A stretch of 64,000 nucleotides of DNA, taken from positions 228 to 64,227 of IMG/VR virus record IMGVR_UViG_3300044799_000048; one strand, given 5' to 3'. Source of the stretch: a virus (taxonomy: Duplodnaviria; Caudoviricetes). The notes under the pieces are model-generated. The model was not told the DNA's origin and searched no databases. It saw nothing but the letters and a program-made list of their open reading frames with translations. The stretch's first letter is position 1, and every line of letters starts with the position of its first letter. Below, one piece after another: positions 1 through 9,436 of this stretch. Made by a program: the position numbers and the translations under genes.

Positions 1-1723
1 CCATAGAGGGTTGCCCTTGCGGTGGCATGCCAGGAGAATTTTGTTGAGGACTCGGAGGCGCGCCTTGCGTGACACTCTGTACCAAGGACGGATCAAACTC
101 GCCCATAGCCTCACGGATTGCAGTCTGTCTAAGTGTCTGATCCTGCATGGCGTCTTCTTCAAGTTGCCTCTCTTCTTCCTGTTCTGGATCGTCAACGTCA
201 AGGTAATTCTCCTGAAGTGTCCTGGTAGGTAGAAGGCGACTCTGTTTCAACTGCATAGCGGCGGCAACTTTCCTAGACTCGTCCTGCGGAAACTTAGCGG
301 CGATCTTCACGTCGACGCGAAACCCTTGCATCTGGCTACCCCTGATAGGAAGGGCAAAGGGTTTGTCATGAAGACGACCGTAGACCTGCAAATTGACGTT
401 GGAAGCGAACTGTGCAGTAAGCGAAAGGGCCTTTCGGAAGACCATCGACCAGAACCGTTCCAGATTCTTCTGAAATTGGTTGAGTCGAATCCTTCCACTA
501 TCAGTCAATTGAGAGATTGCGTATCCAGAAGTCGCATTTGCTCCTTCACCGTAGGCAACAGACGGGAATGAACCTTCTTGAATCGAGTTTTCTGCGTTTG
601 TAAGTTCCATTCGCACATCAGGAGGAGTTCCAGGCCACGTTGGGAACCCAAATTCTTCTCCGGTCTCAAGGTGCGTCACATTTCCGAGTATTGCATCGAA
701 AATCGGCTTCTCACGACCGGGATTGGTCCGAATAAATGGCGGAAGTGCAGCATAAAGCATAACTAGACGACGATGTTGGATCAATTGCACTTCGTAGTCA
801 AGAATTGCATTTGCAGTCGGGTAAAGTAGACTCAAACCAGTCTCTTCCGGCTCAACAGAGGTCGTCAAACGCCCACAACCGAATGTAAACGGAAGGTCGT
901 CGTATCCTTCCATGATCTCTGGCTGGCGAATCCACTTGTTATCGGCAATAACAGCGTTTACAACTACTTCCTGGCCAAGTTTCTTGACCTTCGGCTCGTC
1001 TTGAGGACTTTGCGACGTGTCCGGTTCAGAATCGTTAGCAAATTCGAACCCCCAATAGTCAATATAGTCTACTTCTGTCCGTTCTCGGTTCTCATTTGAG
1101 TACCCGAGGTCAACTCCCCACTCGTCTTCGATGTCAGAAATGAGTCTTCGACACGAATAGATGACTTGTTTGTTGCCCCTACGTCCCCCGGTAACCGGAA
1201 AGACGTTCTTGATATCAAGAATTGTGAGGTCAAGCGGCAATTCAGAGAACGTTAGACCCGGTGTTCCCATTTCGCCAGGTGTTTGTGTAGGTTCCGCGTC
1301 ACTGTTCCATGTCTGATAAACCACAACCTGTCCGTCGAGGAGTGCATTGAAGATCGCCTGCACTTCAATATCAGACCCCTGCCGCTCGTCATTGATGTAA
1401 AGCAGACCTCGGAGGAACTTGATAACGTTCTGCGCCTCTTTCTGAGAGTCCTGCGTCTCATCAACAACCCGGTACGCCCGAATCTTCATCGGATTGGACG
1501 AAAGAATACCCACTCCCAAGTCAACGATGTTCGTCGCCTTGTTGGAAGTAATCATCTCCGTCCCCGGAAGAGTAAGAACGTTACCGATGTGCGCCTGGTG
1601 TCTCAGAAAGTACAGATCGCGCATGAAGTCAATCTGATGGTTGCGCGCGCGGAACTTACTCTGAAGATCGCGCTCCAGATTGACAATGTAATTTTTAGCT
1701 TCATCCAAGTCTATTGGAAGCAT
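1..1723 (-). CDS. Portal protein (partial, runs off left edge)
   Basis: ATG at 1723 directly after the terL stop. Reads MLPIDLDEAKNYIVNLERDLQSKFRARNHQIDF... and is still in frame at position 1 with a Pro/Gln-rich tail (PSPQQNSPGMPPQGQPSM). Absent from the ORF track, consistent with no stop in the window. Size (>570 aa) and position after terL fit a portal. Confidence 0.8.
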   Translation of the reverse strand, partial: MLPIDLDEAKNYIVNLERDLQSKFRARNHQIDFMRDLYFLRHQAHIGNVLTLPGTEMITSNKATNIVDLGVGILSSNPMKIRAYRVVDETQDSQKEAQNVIKFLRGLLYINDERQGSDIEVQAIFNALLDGQVVVYQTWNSDAEPTQTPGEMGTPGLTFSELPLDLTILDIKNVFPVTGGRRGNKQVIYSCRRLISDIEDEWGVDLGYSNENRERTEVDYIDYWGFEFANDSEPDTSQSPQDEPKVKKLGQEVVVNAVIADNKWIRQPEIMEGYDDLPFTFGCGRLTTSVEPEETGLSLLYPTANAILDYEVQLIQHRRLVMLYAALPPFIRTNPGREKPIFDAILGNVTHLETGEEFGFPTWPGTPPDVRMELTNAENSIQEGSFPSVAYGEGANATSGYAISQLTDSGRIRLNQFQKNLERFWSMVFRKALSLTAQFASNVNLQVYGRLHDKPFALPIRGSQMQGFRVDVKIAAKFPQDESRKVAAAMQLKQSRLLPTRTLQENYLDVDDPEQEEERQLEEDAMQDQTLRQTAIREAMGEFDPSLVQSVTQGAPPSPQQNSPGMPPQGQPSM

Positions 1724-1724
1724 G

Positions 1725-3176
1725 TCACGTCCTTAACTCAAATGGAAGATTCGATTTAACAGGGGGTTTCCGGAAGGGACTGATGTACCAGACCTGACCC
1801 CTCTTGGAGGGAACGTAACCGAAACGATTCACGAGGAAATAACAAAGTGCCTTTTGCGCGTGATTATTCGCGTCAATCGGAACCTCACTCACATGACGAT
1901 CTTCTTTGGGGAGGCGATACTTGTACTCTCCGTACTCTCGGATGGACTGCTCACATCTGGGAGAATAATAAAGTCGAACCCCACTTCCAGAAGCCAGAAA
2001 ACTTCTGTGTCGCTCAATCCCATCTGCGATAGGAACAAGTTGGCTGGAAAGACTAATCTTTGCCAAGGAAGCCCATATCTCTTCATGCGAATCTAAACCC
2101 TGATGAGTTGTTCCTGCTACGTCAATTACACCCCGCTTGACACGAGGCCACCAAGACCGCCCCCTACACTCATCAATCATCTGCGGAGCTGTCCAACCCT
2201 GTTTGTAGACCTCATCGAAGACGTAAACAATCCCGTCAATGACCATAAGAGCAAGAACTGCATAAGCCCCCGCATACCCCGGATCAACCGCAATCTCTAC
2301 ATCGTAGTCCCACGGAAGATGAATGCACTCTAACTCCTTAGACTCACCGTAAATGAGATCGAACTTGGGATGCATCTCCATTCGTACAACATGTTTAGTC
2401 GCGTCAAACTCTTTGAAAACAAGTGTGGAAGGTTTTGATGGAATGCCGCCAAACCGTTCCATGAAGAGGTCAGGGGGGTATTGTGCTTCGATTTCCTTAA
2501 GACGAGGGTCTTCTCTACCTAATGGGTAGATTGCGGTGTTAGACCAGGTTGGAAGACTGAAACTCTTATGATCTTCCGTTCCAACTTGCCACTCCTCCCA
2601 AAGTCTTGAGTACCAAGCGCCCCCCCTTGAGGCCATCGGCTCGAACGTTCCCGTAGCCATGATGGGAGCATTGTGCTGACCCGCCCTACCAAAAACCATT
2701 AACCACGCGTAGTGGTCTAACTGCGCCACCTCACAAACTAAAATCCCATTAGGACGCCACCCGGCAATCTTCGTCGCATCTTCAGTGGACTTAGACTCAA
2801 CCCGCCCCCACGGAAGAGTTACACTCCACCCCCCCACCTTGGGTGTAGCATCTCGGCACTTAATATCCAGCATGTGCAGGTCGTCTAATAAATAGGAGAA
2901 CTCTGGCCTACACAGATCGTAAGTGGGGCCTACAAGCCACCAGAGACCTTTCTCCTTGACATGAGACTCAGCAGTCGGAACCTCGGTATCTAAACTCTTG
3001 CGACCGTAGTCGAGAATCCACTTGATGATTTCCTTACTTGCAAGTAGGGACTTCCCGGCTCCTTGGCCGCCGCCGACAATGCGTACCCTCTGCGACGAGT
3101 TGTGTATCTCCAATTCTTTCTCTGATGGATGATACCCCAATGACTTCCAGAGGATGTCACGTTTTAACCTGTTCAA
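1725..3176 (-). CDS. terL: Terminase large subunit
   Basis: 483 aa; Walker A GGGQGAGKS, Walker B-like ILVCE, motif III TGT, RNase H-fold nuclease motif AVDPG; next to portal. Confidence 0.9.
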   Translation of the reverse strand: MNRLKRDILWKSLGYHPSEKELEIHNSSQRVRIVGGGQGAGKSLLASKEIIKWILDYGRKSLDTEVPTAESHVKEKGLWWLVGPTYDLCRPEFSYLLDDLHMLDIKCRDATPKVGGWSVTLPWGRVESKSTEDATKIAGWRPNGILVCEVAQLDHYAWLMVFGRAGQHNAPIMATGTFEPMASRGGAWYSRLWEEWQVGTEDHKSFSLPTWSNTAIYPLGREDPRLKEIEAQYPPDLFMERFGGIPSKPSTLVFKEFDATKHVVRMEMHPKFDLIYGESKELECIHLPWDYDVEIAVDPGYAGAYAVLALMVIDGIVYVFDEVYKQGWTAPQMIDECRGRSWWPRVKRGVIDVAGTTHQGLDSHEEIWASLAKISLSSQLVPIADGIERHRSFLASGSGVRLYYSPRCEQSIREYGEYKYRLPKEDRHVSEVPIDANNHAQKALCYFLVNRFGYVPSKRGQVWYISPFRKPPVKSNLPFELRT

Positions 3177-3456
3177 TATCGTTCCTTAATTCAGGATTGT
3201 CTCGGAGTACAGACATAACCCCGCCTGCCAACGCATCTATCAACGCCTCGTCTCCATCTCTACCCGTCATGTACAGAATCCCGTGAATAATCTCATGCCA
3301 CAGGACTAGTCTCTTGAACTGGTCACACGCACCCGCAAGTACCTTGATCGTACAGGGCGAGTAACGAATCCAACCGTCCAGCTTTTTGCCATCATCGTGT
3401 AGCTCTTCACACTCTTCATACTTGAAATCCAGCGGCCCGATTCGGATTGTTTCCAT
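3157..3456 (-). CDS. Small HExxH metallopeptidase-like phage protein (ImmA/IrrE-like)
   Basis: LWHEIIHGI plus downstream E..ALIDALA. Confidence 0.6.
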   Translation of the reverse strand: METIRIGPLDFKYEECEELHDDGKKLDGWIRYSPCTIKVLAGACDQFKRLVLWHEIIHGILYMTGRDGDEALIDALAGGVMSVLRDNPELRNDIEQVKT

Positions 3457-3477
3457 TTTGCCTCCAGTTGTAAACTG

Positions 3478-3765
3478 TTAGTTGACTACTTCTTTTTCAC
3501 GGTAGTATTCGTCAATGTCTTTATCATATACAGGATGCAGACAGTTTTCTAACTCGCTAACCAAATCAACTAACCATGGGATATCATCACGAGCACGGGC
3601 AATGAAAGCGCCGTCCTTTTCGTTTCGCACATCCGCAAGCCATATATCTTCTTTTCCATCTTTACCATAGATAGTGTTTGTATTTTCATAACTCCACGGT
3701 CCCGGAGAGGCAAAAACATAGTAACTAATGATATTAGCTAATCTCTGTTTCTGTTCTTTATTCAT
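3478..3765 (-). CDS. Ead/Ea22-like phage protein
   Basis: ASPGPW ... DGAFIARARDDIPWLV motif common in this family. Confidence 0.55.
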   Translation of the reverse strand: MNKEQKQRLANIISYYVFASPGPWSYENTNTIYGKDGKEDIWLADVRNEKDGAFIARARDDIPWLVDLVSELENCLHPVYDKDIDEYYREKEVVN

Positions 3766-3881
3766 TAATTACTGGACGCCACTTGGATGTATCTACTGGA
3801 GGACATGCTATCCAGTCAAGTTCTTTTTGTAACCCCTCAAGAAATTCTTCCCAAGTTTCATCGTCCTTGTCGGGTTTCATA

Positions 3882-4025
3882 TTATTTCTTCTCCGGTTTC
3901 TTCTTAGTCAATTTCTTCTTGGGAGTACCATTGCCTAACTTACTCTGCGCAATAGCCCACGCCTTATCTTTCGGCATCCCGTTCGCTATCAACTCATCTG
4001 CTAATTTGTGCACCTTGACTGGCAT
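3882..4025 (-). CDS. Small basic protein (47 aa)
   Basis: MPVKVHKLADELIANGMPKDKAWAIAQSKLGNGTPKKKLTKKKPEKK, with GGAGG RBS; below the ORF-track size cutoff. Confidence 0.55.
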   Translation of the reverse strand: MPVKVHKLADELIANGMPKDKAWAIAQSKLGNGTPKKKLTKKKPEKK

Positions 4026-4484
4026 TGTTATTCCTCCAACTTCACACCACAGAACGGACAGAAGTGAATAAAGAAGTCACGGATATTATCCTCTATTTCC
4101 AATAACCATCCGCGAAATTTATCGCCAGTCAATACGACATCAACAAAATCTGGCTGCCCATCACAAAAATGGTACTTATCTGGCATCTAGCCTTCTGTAT
4201 CCTCTACCCCAGATACTACTATCACAAACACCGACTCCCCATCCGATACCATCAGGCAGTCCTCAGTCGTGTCAACAATCGTCCAACTATGAAACTTGCT
4301 TAGGTCAATTGTGTTGCTCATTCTATTACTACCCTTATCTTTCCTATACTTACACCGGAGGTTTCTTCCATCGAACCATCATCATTAAAGACTTCCTCAC
4401 CCTTGGTCTCTATCCAAGGCTCAAGGTTGACTTCAACAATCTCGCCATCAACTATCCCGTCTAGTTTGTACCAACCGTAAATTA

Positions 4485-4742
4485 TCATAGTTTAATCCCG
4501 CAAAACGGACAGTGACGTACAGGGGCACCCCAATCTTTATTAAGACTTCCCATAGTATTGTAAAACCATTCGCCACCACGGTTCTCAATTCTAGCAACAT
4601 CTGGCGTATACTCACACCGGTGCTCGCCTGGCTCTTCCCAACTAATCTCAAACTCGTCAGGAACCTGATCCCACTCTTCATTAATTCCAACGTGATTCCA
4701 GTGTTCCCCCTTATACTTCGTAGCCTTAACCGTTTTCTTCAT
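4485..4742 (-). CDS. Hypothetical protein with C-terminal CPFCG zinc knuckle
   Basis: HRCE...VRHCPFCG; start placed at MKKTVK. Confidence 0.5.
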   Translation of the reverse strand: MKKTVKATKYKGEHWNHVGINEEWDQVPDEFEISWEEPGEHRCEYTPDVARIENRGGEWFYNTMGSLNKDWGAPVRHCPFCGIKL

Positions 4743-4765
4743 GTTACTTTCCCGGAGTTGTTCTC

Positions 4766-5299
4766 CTAAAATATCCACGCATTCTCTACATCAAGATACT
4801 CAGATATGGTCTTGGTATGCATGTGTCTGTTGCAGTTTCCGCACAGACTAACACAGTTGTCAAATGAGGTCGTACCTTCTCTTGAAATCGGAATGTCATG
4901 TGCTAGTTGTATCTCTTCAGAAGAACCACAAATTATACACGGAAATGAAAAAATAATTTCTAGTTGCTCTTTAGTAAGCGTGTCACCAGCATTCTCCTTG
5001 CGAGAACGACGCACAAGTTCATTGCCTTGCTTTATTTCCGGATGTAGTAACTTGTATATCCTGTTAGACTCGGAAAGTTTTTTGGGATTAGCAGCACGCC
5101 AATTGCGTTGGTATCCCGCAAATTTATCGAGATTGCTTCGTCTGTATTTTTCCTTTGACTCTCGTAATGATCCTATACGCCCATGCCTGTATTCTTTGTT
5201 ACATGCCTTACAGTAGTAATCTAATCCGTCAGGCTGGACACGGTTCTTGTAGAACTCGGAAAATGGCTTCTCTATGCCACACCTACTACATATCTTCAT
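4766..5299 (-). CDS. HNH endonuclease with N-terminal zinc finger
   Basis: CSRC..K...EF...CKAC, then CIICG...HDIPISREG...NCVSLCGNCN. Confidence 0.85.
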   Translation of the reverse strand: MKICSRCGIEKPFSEFYKNRVQPDGLDYYCKACNKEYRHGRIGSLRESKEKYRRSNLDKFAGYQRNWRAANPKKLSESNRIYKLLHPEIKQGNELVRRSRKENAGDTLTKEQLEIIFSFPCIICGSSEEIQLAHDIPISREGTTSFDNCVSLCGNCNRHMHTKTISEYLDVENAWIF

Positions 5300-5713
5300 C
5301 TAGCACCTCCTATAGCGCTATCCTATTTTTATTAAGACCCTGCCAAACAGTTAGGACGTCTGTCTTTCGGTAATGAACCTAGGCAGGGTCAGACTACGTG
5401 AAACCTAAATAATTTCAAAAATCCACAGGGGGAGGTGTATGGTGTAGTGACGTGAGGTGATACGGGTCGTACGGGTGTACTGCTATTACATAGCGTGTCC
5501 CCCCATTCATTCTAGTCATCTCATTCATGTGCTATCTGTTCAGCCACGCGTCACGCGCCTGCCCCTCCCCCCTACACTCACGCGCCTGGTCGACCTCGCC
5601 CATCATCAGTAGCACGCGCCCAGTCTGTGGGGAGAGTTTAGCGCATTCAGCTCAGGGTGTACCACTGGTCAGACAAGCACACCTGTCTGCTTGTGATAGC
5701 TGTGCTTTGCCTA

Positions 5714-5742
5714 TTGACTTTAGGGCTCGACTGTGCTATACT
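5714..5742 (+). promoter_or_regulatory. Sigma70-type early promoter
   Basis: TTGACT-17 nt-TATACT with TGn extended -10, upstream of ORF 5803. Confidence 0.75.
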
Positions 5743-5802
5743 AGAATCACGGAGAGGTCAACAAATAGGCCATTCCGTTATGTCAAGTGAGGAGCGTATA
5801 TC

Positions 5803-6372
5803 ATGGATTGCACAGTATGCCCCGTAGTCAACAAGTGTCACGCGTTGAGCGCATGCAATCAACTGCGATTCTGTGAAGCATACCAGAATCCCCAGCTGTA
5901 CGACTGGTCAGATGGGTATGCTGCTGGCGTCGCGTCACAGAACACAGACGACTGGGCCATCGCGCGCGGTCAAGCCGAACGTGCCGCGTACGAAACGGGA
6001 TATCGCGCGGGCGTCGCGTCGGTTGACGTATCATGCTACTACTCACTCGCCGAAGTAGGGGAGCTTAAGGAAACAGCGTACAATCAAGGGCGCGAGACTG
6101 GTAACGCTGTCGGCTTCGAACACGGTTTCGATGCGGGTGTCGCGTCAGTTGACGAAGTGGGTGCCAACGCAGAGGGTTGGCACGATGGATACCGTGCGGC
6201 AGAATCGCACGCACGCATGACAGCCAAACTCAAAAGATTGTACGCGCACGTTTGCACGAGGCGCCATAGCACGCCCATCGTGCGCGTGCGCAATGATAGC
6301 CGATGCTATTACAGCGACCCACCCACATACAGCGGCCCATACGCTACTGTATCAGACGCGTGCTACCAGTAG
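5803..6372 (+). CDS. Cys-rich protein with GYxxG helical repeats
   Basis: GAGGAG RBS; CxxC start; repeated YxxGYxAGVAS units. Confidence 0.65.
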   Translation: MDCTVCPVVNKCHALSACNQLRFCEAYQNPQLYDWSDGYAAGVASQNTDDWAIARGQAERAAYETGYRAGVASVDVSCYYSLAEVGELKETAYNQGRETGNAVGFEHGFDAGVASVDEVGANAEGWHDGYRAAESHARMTAKLKRLYAHVCTRRHSTPIVRVRNDSRCYYSDPPTYSGPYATVSDACYQ

Positions 6373-6641
6373 CACTCACTCGCGCGCCTGCCCGCATTGT
6401 AGGCAGGCAGAGAGGAACACCATGTACACGACATCTCCGAACGACCAGCACCACGCCGAGCAGCAGATGAAGGGCGACGAACGCAAGCGCGCACAGGCTG
6501 ACAATTGCACGCCCGCGATCAGACGCTACACTGCGTGGCGCTGCGCAGACTGCGCCTTGCTTCGCTATTGTGCTCAGGCAAAGAACGTCAAGTAGCACTC
6601 ACTCGCGCGCCTGCCCGCATTGTAGGCAGGCAGAGAGGAAC
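6368..6641 (+). repeat. Two identical 51-bp intergenic direct repeats (6368-6418 and 6591-6641)
   Basis: AGTAGCACTCACTCGCGCGCCTGCCCGCATTGTAGGCAGGCAGAGAGGAAC; contains the upstream TAG stop, a GCCTGCC/GGCAGGC hairpin and the downstream RBS. Confidence 0.95.
6422..6595 (+). CDS. Small Cys-rich hypothetical protein
   Basis: MYTTSPNDQH...CADCALLRYC; lies exactly between the two repeats. Confidence 0.6.
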   Translation: MYTTSPNDQHHAEQQMKGDERKRAQADNCTPAIRRYTAWRCADCALLRYCAQAKNVK

Positions 6642-6645
6642 TACC

Positions 6646-6876
6646 ATGGCAAACCTTAATTGTTGTGGGTGTCGATTCAATCATGAATGCAATGTGCTCC
6701 GTACCATTGGCCCAGCCTTGTCTGACCCATGTGGAGCAGTGTTCGCTGAGGGTATGCGCGTGGGAGCAATGCTATCAGACGACACACACGCAATTCAACA
6801 TGAAGTTGATAAGGTGCTTGCCACTACATACGCAGAAATCGCATACAAGCGCGGCCTTAAGGATGCTAAACTATGA
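6646..6876 (+). CDS. Small Cys-rich hypothetical protein, distant relative of 5803-6372
   Basis: MANLNCCGCRFNHEC..., FAEGMRVG and AYKRG; RBS supplied by the repeat. Confidence 0.6.
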   Translation: MANLNCCGCRFNHECNVLRTIGPALSDPCGAVFAEGMRVGAMLSDDTHAIQHEVDKVLATTYAEIAYKRGLKDAKL

Positions 6877-7250
6877 AGAAGCTTCTAATCGTCGCCATCG
6901 TCATCCTGCTTTGCGTGGTCGCGTTTCAGTTGTACGTGCGCACAATGTCCTACGCCCAGCAGGAACAGTTCGTCCACTTCATGTGCGCTTACGTGATCTG
7001 CCCGTAGACACGCACCGATCTACCATCACTACATGAGCCAGCTCAATCCAGAGCTGGCTTTCCCCTTGCCCCACGTGCGCCCAGGCGCATCAGGAAAGCG
7101 AAATTCTAACCTAAAATACCTAAAACCGCACCCGCTACCCGCGCCATATAATGGAAGGGCTTGCCTCGACTCGGCGTTTTCGGTGCCCCGCGACCTGACC
7201 ACGGCCATAGACTGCGCTTACTACGTTAATTCACTTCGCGAAATGTAACA

Positions 7251-7778
7251 CTACGCGTCATCATCAGCAGCGCCTAAACTTGCCAGTAGCCCCGCGAGTC
7301 CAGCTCCGATAGCCTGCGTCGCATCGGTTTCGTACAGCCCGTGGAGCTTAGCCACATGCGTGCTAGCGTCGAGCGCAAGTCGCCCCTCGACTGGTATCCC
7401 GTCGTTGACATACCTATCGCGTGCTATGTCCTGGATTTCAATGGCACGTAGACTCAATTGCCTACGCAAGGCTTCAATATCCGTTGGCGCCTTCAATAAT
7501 ACTTGTAACGATGCAATGTCATTTGTAGCTGTACGTATATCTATGTCTAAATCTTTGGCTATGTCGGCAGCGCTCATTCCGAACGCGTACCGATCTGCTA
7601 CCTTGCGCATCCTGTCAGTTCGCGCAATTACAGAACTATTGCCTACGCGTGAGGATACATAACTATCTGAGGCATTAATTACCGTGTTTACTGGTGATAT
7701 ATCAGGTGATACAATTAGTTCATTGTCAACAGTGATTACATCATGTGTGCTTTCAGTTAACATATCATCGTCAGTCAT
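7251..7778 (-). CDS. Putative terminase small subunit (HTH)
   Basis: RMRKVADRYAFGMSAADIAKDLDIDIRTATNDI helix-turn-helix followed by helices ending AKLHGL; same strand as terL and upstream of it. Confidence 0.6.
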   Translation of the reverse strand: MTDDDMLTESTHDVITVDNELIVSPDISPVNTVINASDSYVSSRVGNSSVIARTDRMRKVADRYAFGMSAADIAKDLDIDIRTATNDIASLQVLLKAPTDIEALRRQLSLRAIEIQDIARDRYVNDGIPVEGRLALDASTHVAKLHGLYETDATQAIGAGLAGLLASLGAADDDA

Positions 7779-8011
7779 TGTCTATCCAGGTAGCACATAC
7801 GTGCTTATGCGCACTATGTGTTGAGTCATAAGCATGCCAGGATGCATCAGGTTACACGCCATAGGTGTTTTAATAGCACGGGACGTTGGCATACTCAATT
7901 GAAATGGTGGCATTCTAAGGGCCTTGTAGGGCATTCTAGCATTTGATGTACTCAATCGTTTCCTTAACATTCCACAATAGCTATAGACACATTGCTATTT
8001 AGCACGAGTAT

Positions 8012-8040
8012 TTGACTTTTAGCGTGATATCGTCTATACT
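8012..8040 (+). promoter_or_regulatory. Sigma70-type early promoter
   Basis: TTGACT-17 nt-TATACT. Confidence 0.75.
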
Positions 8041-8065
8041 AGATGTAGACTAGCGCACAAGGAGC

Positions 8066-8756
8066 TTGATAATGGTTAACGCAGCATCCGTAATAACGCG
8101 AAACAGAATCAACACATTGTGCAAAGATATCCTACGCAACATTGTGCGAAAGGATTTGCATGCATACAATATTGGCATGGATAATCTTGACACAATCTGT
8201 ACTGCGGTCGAGTCAGTCGCCCCCAAAAGCAAGCTTTACGATACTCTACTCGTATTATGGAGCGAGCTTGGCACAATAGCCTACGTATCACACATAGAAT
8301 AGACAAGGAGATGACGCATGTTAGCATGGCAAGATAGGACGGGCGGATACATTTATCCTATGAAGCGTGAACGCGGTGAAAGCAAGGTAGACTACACGTT
8401 AAGATTCTTTCGTGACATTTGCGGCTTAGGTATGTGCAACATTCTGACAGTCAATGGCAAGTGCACGCGCACGCGTAAGCGCGCTCAAAGAACACAATAA
8501 GGAAAGATCAACCATGGAAAACATACCGCACGACTTTACAGATCATGAACGACGCAAGTATGAAGCCACCATCTGTCTATGCAAGCATGGTTATGTTGAG
8601 ACGTGGGCAGACATGATCCCCAAAGACGCGGTGCCTTATGCTATCGCTATCGCGTCATCCGATGCGAACGACGCACAAGTGGAGACGTTCGCCAAGTTTG
8701 TTACGCGTGGCTTCTTCCCACGTGATGCGTACCGTATGATCTTCGAAAGGAGCTAA
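8066..8756 (+). CDS. Three small early hypothetical genes (about 8066-8302, 8318-8500, 8514-8756)
   Basis: Closely packed ORFs, each with an AAGGA(G) RBS, downstream of a promoter. Confidence 0.55.
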
Positions 8757-9047
8757 CATGGAACGCACTAATATCCACACGCGAGACGATGGCATTATAG
8801 AGCGAAAGTTCTGCGAGACCTGCCGCTATTACGATGGAGTATGCCACGTATACAGTATGCCAGCGCATACTGATCCGCACGACGACTGCGAGAAGTGGGA
8901 AAGCGCAGCCGATGCATAAGTGTATACTGTGTAAACAAGGAGTCGGCCGCGATAGTATGTGTCTTTGGGTATACTCGCGCCGGCATCATCGTATGATGCG
9001 CTATTATCTATGCGCCAATTGTACTACACTAACAAAGCGCTAGACAC

Positions 9048-9079
9048 AAGCCAGCTTACAATAGCTGGCTTTTTTATTT
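9048..9079 (+). terminator. Rho-independent terminator
   Basis: AAGCCAGCT-tacaat-AGCTGGCTT followed by a T-run. Confidence 0.85.
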
Positions 9080-9243
9080 CATTTTATTTCCGGCAGGAAA
9101 GCGACAATCTAATCACAAATCAAATACCTACATCGCGATGACAATGTACAAGGGGTAGTGGCGAACATCCGTGCTACATACGAGGGGTAGTATGCATACT
9201 AGATGTAGTAGCATAAGGAGCTTGACCCCACTATATAAAGGTA

Positions 9244-9272
9244 TTGACTTTTGAAATAGTATCGTCTATACT
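9244..9272 (+). promoter_or_regulatory. Sigma70-type early promoter
   Basis: TTGACT-17 nt-TATACT; shares TTGACTTTT and ATCGTCTATACT with the 8012 promoter. Confidence 0.78.
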
Positions 9273-9436
9273 GATAGTGTAAGATCAAACAGAGGAGATG
9301 ACACCATGAAATGCATAATCTGCGGTCAGAAAACAGCCAGAATAATCAATACACAATCTGCGTCAGGCAAATCTATCACCGTCGCATGCTGCAACAAGTG
9401 CATTAATAAGTTTGCAATCACAAGGAGAGTAACACC

